NCBI GenBank assembly: GCA_963847185.1
Contig: CAWJYV010000002.1
Location: forward strand, 111,472 to 175,471
Reading direction: 5' to 3'
Source: an uncultured Methanosarcinaceae archaeon
GTDB lineage: Archaea; Halobacteriota; Methanosarcinia; Methanosarcinales; Methanosarcinaceae
DNA: 64,000 nucleotides
Below the pieces are notes generated by a model, which saw only the letters and a program-made list of their open reading frames with translations, had not been told where the DNA came from and did not search any database. Shown piece by piece: positions 29,771-40,566 of this stretch (position 1 is the first letter of the stretch; every line of letters begins with the position of its first letter). The translations under genes were made by a program, and so were the position numbers.

Positions 29771-32542
29771 ATGAATAAGTTACTTAGAATTTTAATCCTT
29801 CTCGGGATCTTTCTTGGACTAGGGGTATCATGTGCATCGGCATCAAATGTCGTTTCGTTTAACCCTCAAACAGTTGAATTGAGTCCGGGTTCTTCCCAGA
29901 ATGTCCAGATTATAATGGATGAAGTTCCTGATGGACTGTCAGGCTTTAACATCACAATTTCTGTTTTAGATCCGGAAATTGCAGAAATCACTGCAGTTTC
30001 ATTCCCCAGTTGGGGAATGATGCCAAGGAATTCTACAATTCCTTCAAGTTCGGTTTGGATAAAAGTTTCTGACCTTGATAAAAAGGTAGGTTCCGGTGAC
30101 ACCAATGTTTTACTGGGAACCATTACTCTAACCGGAAAGAAAGCGGGTACTACGGATTTAAACATACCGAAAACACAGATTAGTGCTGACGGTGGCAGTT
30201 TAATAAATCCTGTTATAGTCGCAGGTAAGATACATGTATCAGATGATGAATCTCCTGTCCTTCCTGTAGCTAACTTCAGCAGCAACGTCACTGAAGGTTA
30301 TGCACCTCTTTCTGTGCAGTTTACCGATCTATCTGAAAATGCAACTGGATGGAAATGGGACTTTGGAGACGAAGCTAATTCAATAGACCAAAGCCCAATT
30401 CACACTTACTCTTCAGCAGGAGTCTATACGGTTAATCTGACAGTAAGCAATGAAAATGGTACAGCTTCAAAGTTGGCTACTATAACTGTTCTTGAAAAAC
30501 CTGCTCCAATATTCCCTGTAGCAAACTTCAGTACCAATATAAGCGAAGGCTACGCCCCACTTTCTGTTCAGTTTACCGATCTATCTGAAAATGCAATTGA
30601 ATGGAAGTGGGACTTTGACAACAATGGAGTTGTAGACTCTACAGACAGAAACCCAATATACAATTACGTAGCTCCAGGAGTCTATACAGCTAATTTGACA
30701 GTAAGCAATACAAATGGTACAAACTCCAAGTTAGCTACTATAACTGTTCTTGAGAAATCTGCTCCAATACCCCCTGTAGCAAACTTCACTACCAATGTAA
30801 GCGAAGGTTATGCTCCCCTGACGGTGCAGTTTACCGATCTATCTGAAAATGCAGCTGGATGGAACTGGGACTTTGGAGATGGAGTTAAGGACTCTGAAAA
30901 TAGAAGTCCGATACATGAGTATGTAACTCCAGGAGTTTACACAGTAAATCTTACAGTCAATAATGCAAATGGTACAAGTTCGAAGTTAGCTACCATCACT
31001 GTTTCTGAAAAATCTGTTTCAATACTTCCAGTAGCAAGTTTCATTACCAATGTAAGCGAAGGCTATGCTCCGCTGACGGTTCAGTTTACAGATCAATCTC
31101 AAAATGCAAATGGATGGAGTTGGGACTTTGGAGATGGAACATCTTCAACAGAACAGAATCCGATCCATACTTACTCTGCAACAGGTGCTTATTCTGTTAG
31201 CCTGACAGTAAGCAACACAAACGGTACGAACTCCACGCTGGCCAATATAACTGTTTTTGAAAAGGTTGCTCCAATACTCCCAGTAGCGAATTTCAGTACA
31301 GATGTCAGCTCGGGTTATGCTCCTCTTACAGTGCAGTTTACCGATTTATCTGAGAACGCAACCGGATGTAACTGGGACTTTGGAGACGGAACTTCTTCAA
31401 CAGAGAAAAATCCGATTCATATTTACTCTGCAGCAGGAAATTATACAGCTAATCTGACAGTAAGCAATGAAAACGGTACAGCTTCAAGATCTGCCATAAT
31501 AAATGTTCTAAAAGAACCAGTCGTACCTCCTGTTGCAGACTTCAAGAGCGATGTCACAACGGGTTCCGTTCCCCTTGCCGTGCAATTTACAGATTTATCG
31601 AAATATGCAACAGAATGGAAATGGGACTTTGGGGACGGAACGTCTTCAACAGAACAGAATCCACTGCATACTTACAGTGCAGCAGGAAATTATACAGTAA
31701 CGCTTACAGTAAGCAATGAGGCCGGGACAGATACCGAGGTAAAAGCAGGCTATATAATTGTAAATCCTGTTTCCTCAAAACTGGTTGCTGCTTTCGTTGC
31801 ATCCCCAACCTCAGGAGATGCGCCATTGAAAGTAGCGTTTACTGATGCCAGTACAGGGTCACCAACTTCGTGGAAGTGGAGCTTTGGAGATGGGACATAC
31901 TCAACATCCAGGAACCCTTCACATACTTACAATAAAGCAGGAAAATATACTGTTAGCCTGACAGTAAAGAATGCAAGAGGAAGCAATACAGTAACAAAGT
32001 CCCAGTACATAAGTGTTACAAATTCTTTAAAAGCCCCTGTTGCTTGTTTCTCAGCGTCTCCAACCTCAGGATATGCACCACTGAAAGTAGCATTTACTGA
32101 CAGAAGTAAAGGAAAGCCCACTTCATGGAAATGGAGTTTTGGAGACGGGACGTATTCAACAGCTAAGACTCCTGTACATACATACAGCAAAGCTGGAAAA
32201 TATACTGTTAGCTTAACAGTCAAAAACAGTGCAGGAACAAGTACGATAACCGGATACAATTATATAAAAGTCGCAGCTCCTCTTAAAACTCCAGTTGCCG
32301 CCTTTTCTGCAGCCCCTACCTCAGGAAAAGTGCCATTGAAAGTGCAGTTTACTGACAGAAGCTCAGGCTCGCCTACTTCATGGAAATGGAGTTTTGGAGA
32401 CAGGACATATTCAACAGCCAAGAACCCTTCACATACATACAGTAAAGCAGGAAAGTACACTGTTAGTCTGACAGTCAAAAACGCAAAAGGGAGCAACACT
32501 AAAACAATATATGGATATATAACAGCCTCAAGAAGAAAATGA
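29771..32542 (+). CDS. Secreted cohesin-domain + 9xPKD scaffold protein
   Basis: Signal peptide; about 135-aa cohesin-like domain (VPDGLSGFNITISVLDPEIAEITAV...LLGTITLTG..AGTT); nine PKD repeats (W.W.FGDG); AGGAG RBS before ATG 29771. Confidence 0.85.
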   Translation: MNKLLRILILLGIFLGLGVSCASASNVVSFNPQTVELSPGSSQNVQIIMDEVPDGLSGFNITISVLDPEIAEITAVSFPSWGMMPRNSTIPSSSVWIKVSDLDKKVGSGDTNVLLGTITLTGKKAGTTDLNIPKTQISADGGSLINPVIVAGKIHVSDDESPVLPVANFSSNVTEGYAPLSVQFTDLSENATGWKWDFGDEANSIDQSPIHTYSSAGVYTVNLTVSNENGTASKLATITVLEKPAPIFPVANFSTNISEGYAPLSVQFTDLSENAIEWKWDFDNNGVVDSTDRNPIYNYVAPGVYTANLTVSNTNGTNSKLATITVLEKSAPIPPVANFTTNVSEGYAPLTVQFTDLSENAAGWNWDFGDGVKDSENRSPIHEYVTPGVYTVNLTVNNANGTSSKLATITVSEKSVSILPVASFITNVSEGYAPLTVQFTDQSQNANGWSWDFGDGTSSTEQNPIHTYSATGAYSVSLTVSNTNGTNSTLANITVFEKVAPILPVANFSTDVSSGYAPLTVQFTDLSENATGCNWDFGDGTSSTEKNPIHIYSAAGNYTANLTVSNENGTASRSAIINVLKEPVVPPVADFKSDVTTGSVPLAVQFTDLSKYATEWKWDFGDGTSSTEQNPLHTYSAAGNYTVTLTVSNEAGTDTEVKAGYIIVNPVSSKLVAAFVASPTSGDAPLKVAFTDASTGSPTSWKWSFGDGTYSTSRNPSHTYNKAGKYTVSLTVKNARGSNTVTKSQYISVTNSLKAPVACFSASPTSGYAPLKVAFTDRSKGKPTSWKWSFGDGTYSTAKTPVHTYSKAGKYTVSLTVKNSAGTSTITGYNYIKVAAPLKTPVAAFSAAPTSGKVPLKVQFTDRSSGSPTSWKWSFGDRTYSTAKNPSHTYSKAGKYTVSLTVKNAKGSNTKTIYGYITASRRK

Positions 32543-33224
32543 ATATTCTAAATTGAAAAAACAATAAGTAGTCAAGATGGATAATAATGGAGAAATTATT
32601 GGCCAGGTCTGACAAAAAGGACATTTTTGTCTTATTTGAGTAGATCTAAAGCCATTATTTGGCCTGACGTTCAATAATTTACCTCCATATCTAATTTTTT
32701 AACCCATTTTTAACCCTTTATATAACTCATTTGATTTTTGAGCTTATTTGGATTTCAAGATTTGTCCGTTTTATCTGTGGATACTATTCCAAAATATCTT
32801 TCATGCGGGTCTTCGATTTTTTATCAGCTGGTTTTTATTGTATCATTTTTTGACTTTGTCCAACTTCCTTCATTCGGCCCTTCCATGGGAAATGCGTCAA
32901 AAGACTTCTTTGACACTCCAGCTTCAGGATGATAACTAATCTCGAAAATTTAGTTCTGAGTCCTCATAATTAAGAAAGGGACTACGGATAAGGTATTGTC
33001 TAAGTATTAATGCCCAATAATTAAATTGCCATGACACTAGCCTTATCTGCATAGAGATTTGGCAGGAGATATATTATAATACAGTTGATATATAAGTGAT
33101 GAATTTAATCTGTATATGTCAGTGTTAATTAGGAAATTATAGCATTACATGCAATGAAATCGGTTCAACTTTTTCCCATCCTGAATCGACGATATTGCGT
33201 AAAATATCTGGGGAAGGGTCAGGT

Positions 33225-34961
33225 ATGAAAATTATACTTATCGGAGATTATCTTGGCAAGCTGATGAGTGTTGCACTGGCTGTTGCTTTGTTTTTTATTT
33301 CAACAGGCATTGGAAGTGCAGAAGTTATTTATGTTGAACCCGGAAACTCAATTCAGGCTGCTGTTAATAACTCTACAAGCGGGGATTTTATTATTGTGAA
33401 AGCCGGAGACTATCGGGAAAATTTGATTGTAAATGTATCAGGGATTACAGTCACATCAGAACCCGAGAATTCCGGAGGAGTACACATAAGAGCCAGGAAC
33501 AAAAACTCCAGTGTTTTTCATCTGATTGCAGATAACGTAACTATCAAAGGATTCAATATAATAGGCTCAGCAGAGATATTCAGTACTCTTGAAGAATCAG
33601 ACCTCAAAGGTTCTTATGATTCCGGTAACTATTCTACTGATTCAGGTAACTATTCTACTGATTCCGGTAACAACTCCAGTAAGCCAGAGTCAGAAGAAGC
33701 TTACAATTCAGGATCAGAAAAATCTATTTCAGGATGGGACGGGTCCAGTTGTCCTCAGGCAGGATTCTGCCTTGAAAAAGCCAACAACTGCACAATCGAA
33801 GGAAACAGTATTTTCGACAATAAATATGGGGCTTATCTTCAGAGTTCCATGAACAGCACAATTTCAAATAATACTTTTTTCCGAAATGGGATCTGGCTTG
33901 ATGAAGGGTGCAGCAAGGTTCTCCTGATAAACAACAATATTGAAGATGGAGGTATATCCATTGGGGCCCATTGCTGGGAAAATATAATTTTCCAGAACAA
34001 GCTCTCAAAAGGTAAAGGAATAAGTATCGCCTGCTGCGGTGGAAATAATCTCGTTTTAAAAAATGAAATTACAAATTGCAGTACAGGAGTCGACATTTAT
34101 GACGTTCAGGCAAGAACCTTCCTTCGCGATAACAGGATTACGAATTGTGATTATGGGATTTATCTAATTTTCGTCTTTGACTCGAGAGTGGACAACAATA
34201 CAATCTCAAATTGCAGCACAGGTATTTATTTGAGAGAAGACTGCCACAATAATGAGCTGGCCAACAATACGGTAGCATCCAGTTATGAATCAGGAATCTA
34301 TTTACTGGATGCCAGTTCTGAGAACCATATTTATAACAACTACTTTAACAACACTGTAAATGCTAAAGTGGAGAAAACCGAAGGAAATATCTGGAATGCT
34401 ACAAAAACCCCAGGAACGAATGTCGTGGACGGTCCATATCTTGGAGGAAACTTCTGGGCGAATTTAAATGGGACCGGTTTTTCCCAGATAACCAATGATA
34501 CTGATTCGGATGGAATCTGTGACCTTCCGTACAATATCAATGGAAGTGATTTTGATTATCTACCTCTTTCCACGCCTCCTGTTACAGTTAGAGTAGAGCT
34601 TACAGTAACAATAGGGTCACATGAAGAAAATGAGAAAGCTGAAGCCTCCATAGAAATTGACAAAAGTACCCTTGACTTTGGAACTTTACTTTCAGGGGAA
34701 TCAGGTAACTCGCAGGTTTTGAGTATAAGAAACACAGGAAAAAGCGACGTGAATATTTCTGTTGAAGTTAGAAATTCTCCGGATCCGATTTTCTCAGAGG
34801 GCATATACATTTCTTCTATTTTCTGGTCAGGCTACTCTGAGACAATTTTAAACAACACTAGCAAGGATATTGAAATATCACTTAAGGTTCCAGCCAACTG
34901 TTCAGAAAATGGCACCCGATGTGGATTTCTCATTATCCGGGCTGAAAAGACAATATATTAA
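33225..34961 (+). CDS. NosD/right-handed parallel beta-helix cell-surface protein
   Basis: SIQAAVN, GDY.EN, ADNVTIKGFNI, IYNNYFNN, GGNFW, DGICDLPY, DYLPL; extra C-terminal Ig-like domain. Confidence 0.88.
   Translation: MKIILIGDYLGKLMSVALAVALFFISTGIGSAEVIYVEPGNSIQAAVNNSTSGDFIIVKAGDYRENLIVNVSGITVTSEPENSGGVHIRARNKNSSVFHLIADNVTIKGFNIIGSAEIFSTLEESDLKGSYDSGNYSTDSGNYSTDSGNNSSKPESEEAYNSGSEKSISGWDGSSCPQAGFCLEKANNCTIEGNSIFDNKYGAYLQSSMNSTISNNTFFRNGIWLDEGCSKVLLINNNIEDGGISIGAHCWENIIFQNKLSKGKGISIACCGGNNLVLKNEITNCSTGVDIYDVQARTFLRDNRITNCDYGIYLIFVFDSRVDNNTISNCSTGIYLREDCHNNELANNTVASSYESGIYLLDASSENHIYNNYFNNTVNAKVEKTEGNIWNATKTPGTNVVDGPYLGGNFWANLNGTGFSQITNDTDSDGICDLPYNINGSDFDYLPLSTPPVTVRVELTVTIGSHEENEKAEASIEIDKSTLDFGTLLSGESGNSQVLSIRNTGKSDVNISVEVRNSPDPIFSEGIYISSIFWSGYSETILNNTSKDIEISLKVPANCSENGTRCGFLIIRAEKTIY
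33618..33671 (+). repeat. In-frame 21-bp tandem repeat (DSGNYST x2.5)
   Basis: GATTC(C/A)GGTAACTATTCTACT repeated. Confidence 0.85.
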
Positions 34962-35246
34962 GTTTTCAACCAGACTATTTCATTTTCCTGAAAGTGTACT
35001 CAGCCTCAATCTCATATAATCTCAGACATTCCTGCTAATAACTAAAAAAACGGAGAAAAAAAGGAAGAGCAGGACTAATAATATATAGAACGGCCACTGA
35101 GGATAACCGGAAAATGACATAGTACTAAAAACGATGAACAGATATAAAAATCTTTTTAAGTTATGATTATAATATTTCTATAGGATAAAATTCCCTGAAA
35201 AACAGTAAATCTAGAGAATTCTCAGAAAATTATTGAAAATTTTTAG

Positions 35247-35331
35247 TGCGAGAGGTGCGATTCGAACGCACGAACTCCTACAAGACTAGGCCCTCAACCT
35301 AGCGCCTTTGACCTGGCTGGGCAACCCTCGC
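35247..35331 (-). tRNA. tRNA-Leu(GAG), copy without encoded CCA
   Basis: GCGAGGGTTGCCCAGCCAGGTCAAAGGCG..TT GAG GG..GTTCGAATC; long variable arm. Confidence 0.93.
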
Positions 35332-35424
35332 ATCTTGATACGACAAATGGAAAATTTGAGGAAATCTTTTACGAAAAGAACCATTGGGAATTTCTGAAAA
35401 TCTAAATTAGTAGATTTTAAAACT

Positions 35425-35512
35425 TGGTGCGAGGGGTGCGATTCGAACGCACGAACTCCTACAAGACTAGGCCCTCAACCTAGCGCCTTTGACCTGGCTG
35501 GGCAACCCTCGC
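35425..35512 (-). tRNA. tRNA-Leu(GAG), CCA encoded
   Basis: Same cloverleaf; TTTATATA box at 35587-35580 upstream. Confidence 0.95.
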
Positions 35513-35773
35513 ATCTTGTTCTTTTCATTAATCTACGGCGCGCTTTGCGCCTTGCACTCCCTCACAATATCATGGATAATATATAAACATTTCGAGTAAA
35601 GAGGCTCACTGATAATAATTTAAAGAAGATGCCGTGAAAAAAGAGTGTAAAAGAAATCAGTTCCAAAAGTACCCGGGAATGGAAATTCAGATAAAACGTG
35701 ACAGGGTAAAGCTTCCGAAGGTCAGAAGACCAAAAAAGAAAAAATGAGGGCTGGGCCTGATCCGAGCAGAAGC

Positions 35774-36574
35774 TCAGAACTGGTCCAGTATGCTTAGAAT
35801 TTCTTCAGCTTTGCCTTTGACAACATTTGCCGCATTCAGGACAAGGTCTTTGGCTGTATATGAACCATCTGACTCGATAGAAAACACAAAAGACTTTTCA
35901 TCATAGGAAATGTTTATTGCGTCAATATCACAAACCTGTTCACAGAGCCTGCAGAGGGAACATTTAAGGATGTCATCCTCAGCAACTTTTGCCCCCGTCC
36001 CTTCGAGCCGAATGATGCTTTTTGGGCACTCAGATACGCAGTGTCCGCATGCATCACATTTCTCGATGGTAATAACAGGCATATTTTTGTAGCCACAAGC
36101 TACACCTGCCTGCCATTTTACGCTATCTCTACCGTAACCCATATGAGCAATAGCTTCAAGCACAAGTTTTTGTCCTTTCTTCAACTCAACAATTGGGATG
36201 GTAGGGTCAGCCGGCTGAATTTTCGGATCAGAGGATATGAGATCACGAGAATAAACAGTACCTGGTCCTTCTGAGCTGAGGGTTAAGGAAACCTCACAGG
36301 CAGGACAGCCCTCTCCTCCGCAAACATCGCATTCTGCCTGCGGTACATAAGTCTCTATATCCGTTACAATCGGAATTAAGGACATACGGAGAGCAAGCTG
36401 CTCATCATAGAGTACCGAGGTATTGTCGTAAATGTTCACATACTCAATCGCAAGAGTTGGTACATCTGCGATCATGGCACGCCGAATGCCGTTAGCAAAA
36501 GCCGTGCTTACCCTGGAGAGCACAAATTTTGCAGATCTGTCCGATAACTCCAGAATGTCTACTTCCATCGTCAT
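35774..36574 (-). CDS. rpoD: DNA-directed RNA polymerase subunit D (Rpo3) with ferredoxin-like domain
   Basis: ANGIRRAMIADVPTLAI, NTSVLYDE; two CxxCxxCxxxC motifs. Confidence 0.97.
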   Translation of the reverse strand: MTMEVDILELSDRSAKFVLSRVSTAFANGIRRAMIADVPTLAIEYVNIYDNTSVLYDEQLALRMSLIPIVTDIETYVPQAECDVCGGEGCPACEVSLTLSSEGPGTVYSRDLISSDPKIQPADPTIPIVELKKGQKLVLEAIAHMGYGRDSVKWQAGVACGYKNMPVITIEKCDACGHCVSECPKSIIRLEGTGAKVAEDDILKCSLCRLCEQVCDIDAINISYDEKSFVFSIESDGSYTAKDLVLNAANVVKGKAEEILSILDQF

Positions 36575-36645
36575 ATACCTTAATTCCCCTAAATTTTAGT
36601 ACATTAAAAAAAAGAGAATTTTTAAAAATTCTCTAGGTAATTTTA

Positions 36646-37679
<1,034 letters not shown>

Positions 37680-37701
37680 TAAAAATCACCTAACCGGAAA
37701 A

Positions 37702-38160
37702 TCACTTCTTCCTGCTAACACCGACAGTTGATCCGCGGCGGCCTGTAGATTTGGTTCTCTGGCCTCTAACCTTCAGTCCTCTTTCGTGCCTGAGACCTCT
37801 GTAAGCGCGGACTTTCTTCAGGTTGTTAATATCTTCTCTGAAGGTCAGGACGATATCCGTTCCGAGCAGGTGTTTATCCTGGCCTGTTGTCAGGTCTTTC
37901 TGCCTGTTCAGCATCCAGCCAGGGACAAGGTCCTCGAATCTTCCGATAGCATCATCAAGCTTTGACACGTCTTCATCCGGCAGATATCCAAGTACAGCAG
38001 CTGGGTTTACCCCTGCGCCCCTTGCAAGAAGACTTGCAGTGCGCCTTCCAATTCCGGGAATACCTGTAAGGGCGTACTGTACGGGTTTTGCCCCCTGCAA
38101 GTCGGTATTCATAATCCGAACAAGATGCCTTAACTCTTCATTATTCTTTTCTTCTACCAT
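37702..38160 (-). CDS. rps13: 30S ribosomal protein uS13
   Basis: [29 protein letters not shown]. Confidence 0.98.
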   Translation of the reverse strand: MVEEKNNEELRHLVRIMNTDLQGAKPVQYALTGIPGIGRRTASLLARGAGVNPAAVLGYLPDEDVSKLDDAIGRFEDLVPGWMLNRQKDLTTGQDKHLLGTDIVLTFREDINNLKKVRAYRGLRHERGLKVRGQRTKSTGRRGSTVGVSRKK

Positions 38161-38477
38161 ATACTCCCTCCGTGGGAATGCATACAGCATCCTGTAGCCC
38201 CTGATCGAATACCCAAAAGAATACACGAAAAACTCAGGAGCAGCTCTCAATGGAGCTTCTTTACAGCATATACTGATGAGTTCCTTTACATGAAACTGCC
38301 AGTATATAAGGATATCTGCGCTCGCTTTCTTATCCCGAAAGAATCTGTCTTAAAGCTGAAAGGAAAAAGTAATGAGGACATAATGCTTGAAAAAATGTCG
38401 ATGTTTATAAAGAAAATACTGGAAAACTTTCACAGGAAATTCTTATAAACTCACATACGAAATTAAGAAAAGTCTGA

Positions 38478-38560
38478 CGCCGAGGGGGAGATTCGAACTC
38501 CCGAGGAGCTAAGCCCCACAAGCTTTCCAGGCTTGCGCCCTACCACTAGACTACCTCGGC
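38478..38560 (-). tRNA. tRNA-Ser(GGA)
   Basis: GCCGAGGTAGTCTAGTGGTAGGGCG..CT GGA AA..GTTCGAATC..CTCGGCG; long variable arm. Confidence 0.95.
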
Positions 38561-38650
38561 ACTAAGCTTATGGCACGACCTATACCATAAAGGAATAGTG
38601 ATATATAAATCTTATTCTGCGAGCAAAAATATGGAAATAATTCCAAAAAG

Positions 38651-39667
38651 TTAGAGCTGGACATTATCTTCTTTTTTATTCCAACCTTTTGGATAAGTTC
38701 CAGCTTCCATTAGAATCCTTACAGGAGTAGCTGCAATGCCAGTAGATGCTTTGAGAATCCCTTCCGCATTCATTTTTGCTTTTGCAAGGGCTATAAACTC
38801 ACCTTTAAGTGTAAACAGTGCTATGAGGTCCCCTTTCGTAAGATTCGAATCCAGGCTCGTAATGCCCGGAACAGCAAGAGAAGCTCCGGAACATACTGCA
38901 TCCACTGCACTGTCCCGCAGAATTATTTTAGGAAGGTGAGAAACAGCTGATTCCATAGGCCTGATAACCCGTCTGAGTTCGGATTCATCGCCATCCTCCT
39001 GCCAGAAAACATATGCATCCTTAAGGTCCTGAAGCGTTACAAGAGTTTTCTCAGTAAACGGGCCTGCTTTTGTTCTCCTGAGCTCCTGCATATGTCCTCC
39101 GCAGCCTAATGCAAGCCCGATGTCGTGACAGAGTTTTCTGATGTAAGTTCCTGCCTCACACCCGACTCTAAAGAGCACGGAACTGCCATCAATTTCAATA
39201 ACTTCAAGATAATAAATCGTCCTGACCCTGAGGGCACGCTTTACAGCGGATTTGATGGGAGGCATCTGGTAAATAGGCCCTGAGAACTCTTCACAGGCCT
39301 TCCGGACCATTTTAGGAGGCATTTCCCTGTGAAGCTTCAAAAGGCAGACGTATTCCTTTCCAGAAAGCCGCAGAGCAGGAACAGCTTTTGTAGCTTTCCC
39401 AAGGAGAGTCGGTAAAAGCCCTGTAACCTTCGGGTCAAGAGAACCTGCGTGTCCTGCAGTATTAACACCGATGATTGCTTTTACCCAGGCTGCAACCTCA
39501 TGACTTGTGGGCCCTTTTGGCTTATCAATATTCACCACTCCTTTTTCTATATACTCAAGGATGGGGCGCTTTTCCGGATAGCAGCCATACGCAGGATTTG
39601 TCCAGGCGCCGGATTTCCGGACCAGAGTTCTTTCAGCTTCAGATGGTAATTTGCCGGCAGATGACAT
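38651..39667 (-). CDS. cbf5: H/ACA RNA-guided pseudouridine synthase Cbf5
   Basis: DKPKGPTSHEV, GHAGSLDPKVTG, CEAGTYIR, PUA domain. Confidence 0.96.
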   Translation of the reverse strand: MSSAGKLPSEAERTLVRKSGAWTNPAYGCYPEKRPILEYIEKGVVNIDKPKGPTSHEVAAWVKAIIGVNTAGHAGSLDPKVTGLLPTLLGKATKAVPALRLSGKEYVCLLKLHREMPPKMVRKACEEFSGPIYQMPPIKSAVKRALRVRTIYYLEVIEIDGSSVLFRVGCEAGTYIRKLCHDIGLALGCGGHMQELRRTKAGPFTEKTLVTLQDLKDAYVFWQEDGDESELRRVIRPMESAVSHLPKIILRDSAVDAVCSGASLAVPGITSLDSNLTKGDLIALFTLKGEFIALAKAKMNAEGILKASTGIAATPVRILMEAGTYPKGWNKKEDNVQL

Positions 39668-40023
39668 GATTTTTCAAATACTCCCTAATTGAATATGAAA
39701 TGAAATATAGTTCTGGTTAAATTAAATCCAGAATTCAGGAGCTTCCAAATATCCTGAAAGGATATAAAAGATACTTAGCCCCTTTATCTAGAATAGTCCT
39801 GAGACTGATAACTCTCTACAGGATGAACAAGTCTGTATTTGATAAGAGTGAGTACCGGATATCCTATAATTAACAGGACATTACGATGCGATCAACAATG
39901 ATCCTTTAGTAAAATACTCCTGATCAAGCAGTACAGCTTATCAATATGTAATATATCAGGTTCAGGCAGATAAAACCCTACCTGGTATAGATGTTTGTCT
40001 TTTGACAGAGATGTACTGGATAA

Positions 40024-40566
40024 TCAGGCTGGCCCGACAAGCGGCTCAATAGCAACTCTAAGAATATCCAGAATCTGGTACTGGTTCCATTTTTCAGAAT
40101 CAATAACAATATCGTAAATAGAGAGGTCTGCAATGTCAATATTATAATAGTTCAGGTAACGAAGAGCTTCGGATTTTTCCCTGAGAACTGTTTTTTTGTA
40201 CTCCTCATCAAAAGATTCTGATTTTTCACGTCTCTGAATACGCTTCACACGGACAGATAATGGAGCCTTTATCCAGATTTTCAGCACACCAGGAACTCCT
40301 GACGCCATGTGCCCTGCAAGCCGGCTTTCGAGAACAAGATTATCCTGACTGCGGACGATATCTCTCTGACTCTTATCAATAGCCAGGTCAATTGACGGAT
40401 CTTTCTCAGCCATAGTTCCAAACTCTGCAAGGTTCATTCCTTTTTCTTTGGCTATCCTCCTGAATGCTTCACCCGAAGAGATCAATTCAAGTTCGTAGTA
40501 CTCTGAAAGGAGTCTTGAGATAGTGGATGTCCCGCTTCCGGGAAGCCCACTTACTGTTATCTTCAT
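40024..40566 (-). CDS. cmk: Cytidylate kinase (archaeal type)
   Basis: MKITVSGLPGSGTST, ESRLAG. Confidence 0.94.
   Translation of the reverse strand: MKITVSGLPGSGTSTISRLLSEYYELELISSGEAFRRIAKEKGMNLAEFGTMAEKDPSIDLAIDKSQRDIVRSQDNLVLESRLAGHMASGVPGVLKIWIKAPLSVRVKRIQRREKSESFDEEYKKTVLREKSEALRYLNYYNIDIADLSIYDIVIDSEKWNQYQILDILRVAIEPLVGPA

Noticed and set aside
32745-32936. Possible glycoside-hydrolase C-terminal remnant on the minus strand (EDPHERYFGIV)
   Set aside because: Too short and broken to assign without a search
35774-36574. Fe-S domain in RNA polymerase subunit D
   Set aside because: Established feature of methanosarcinal RpoD
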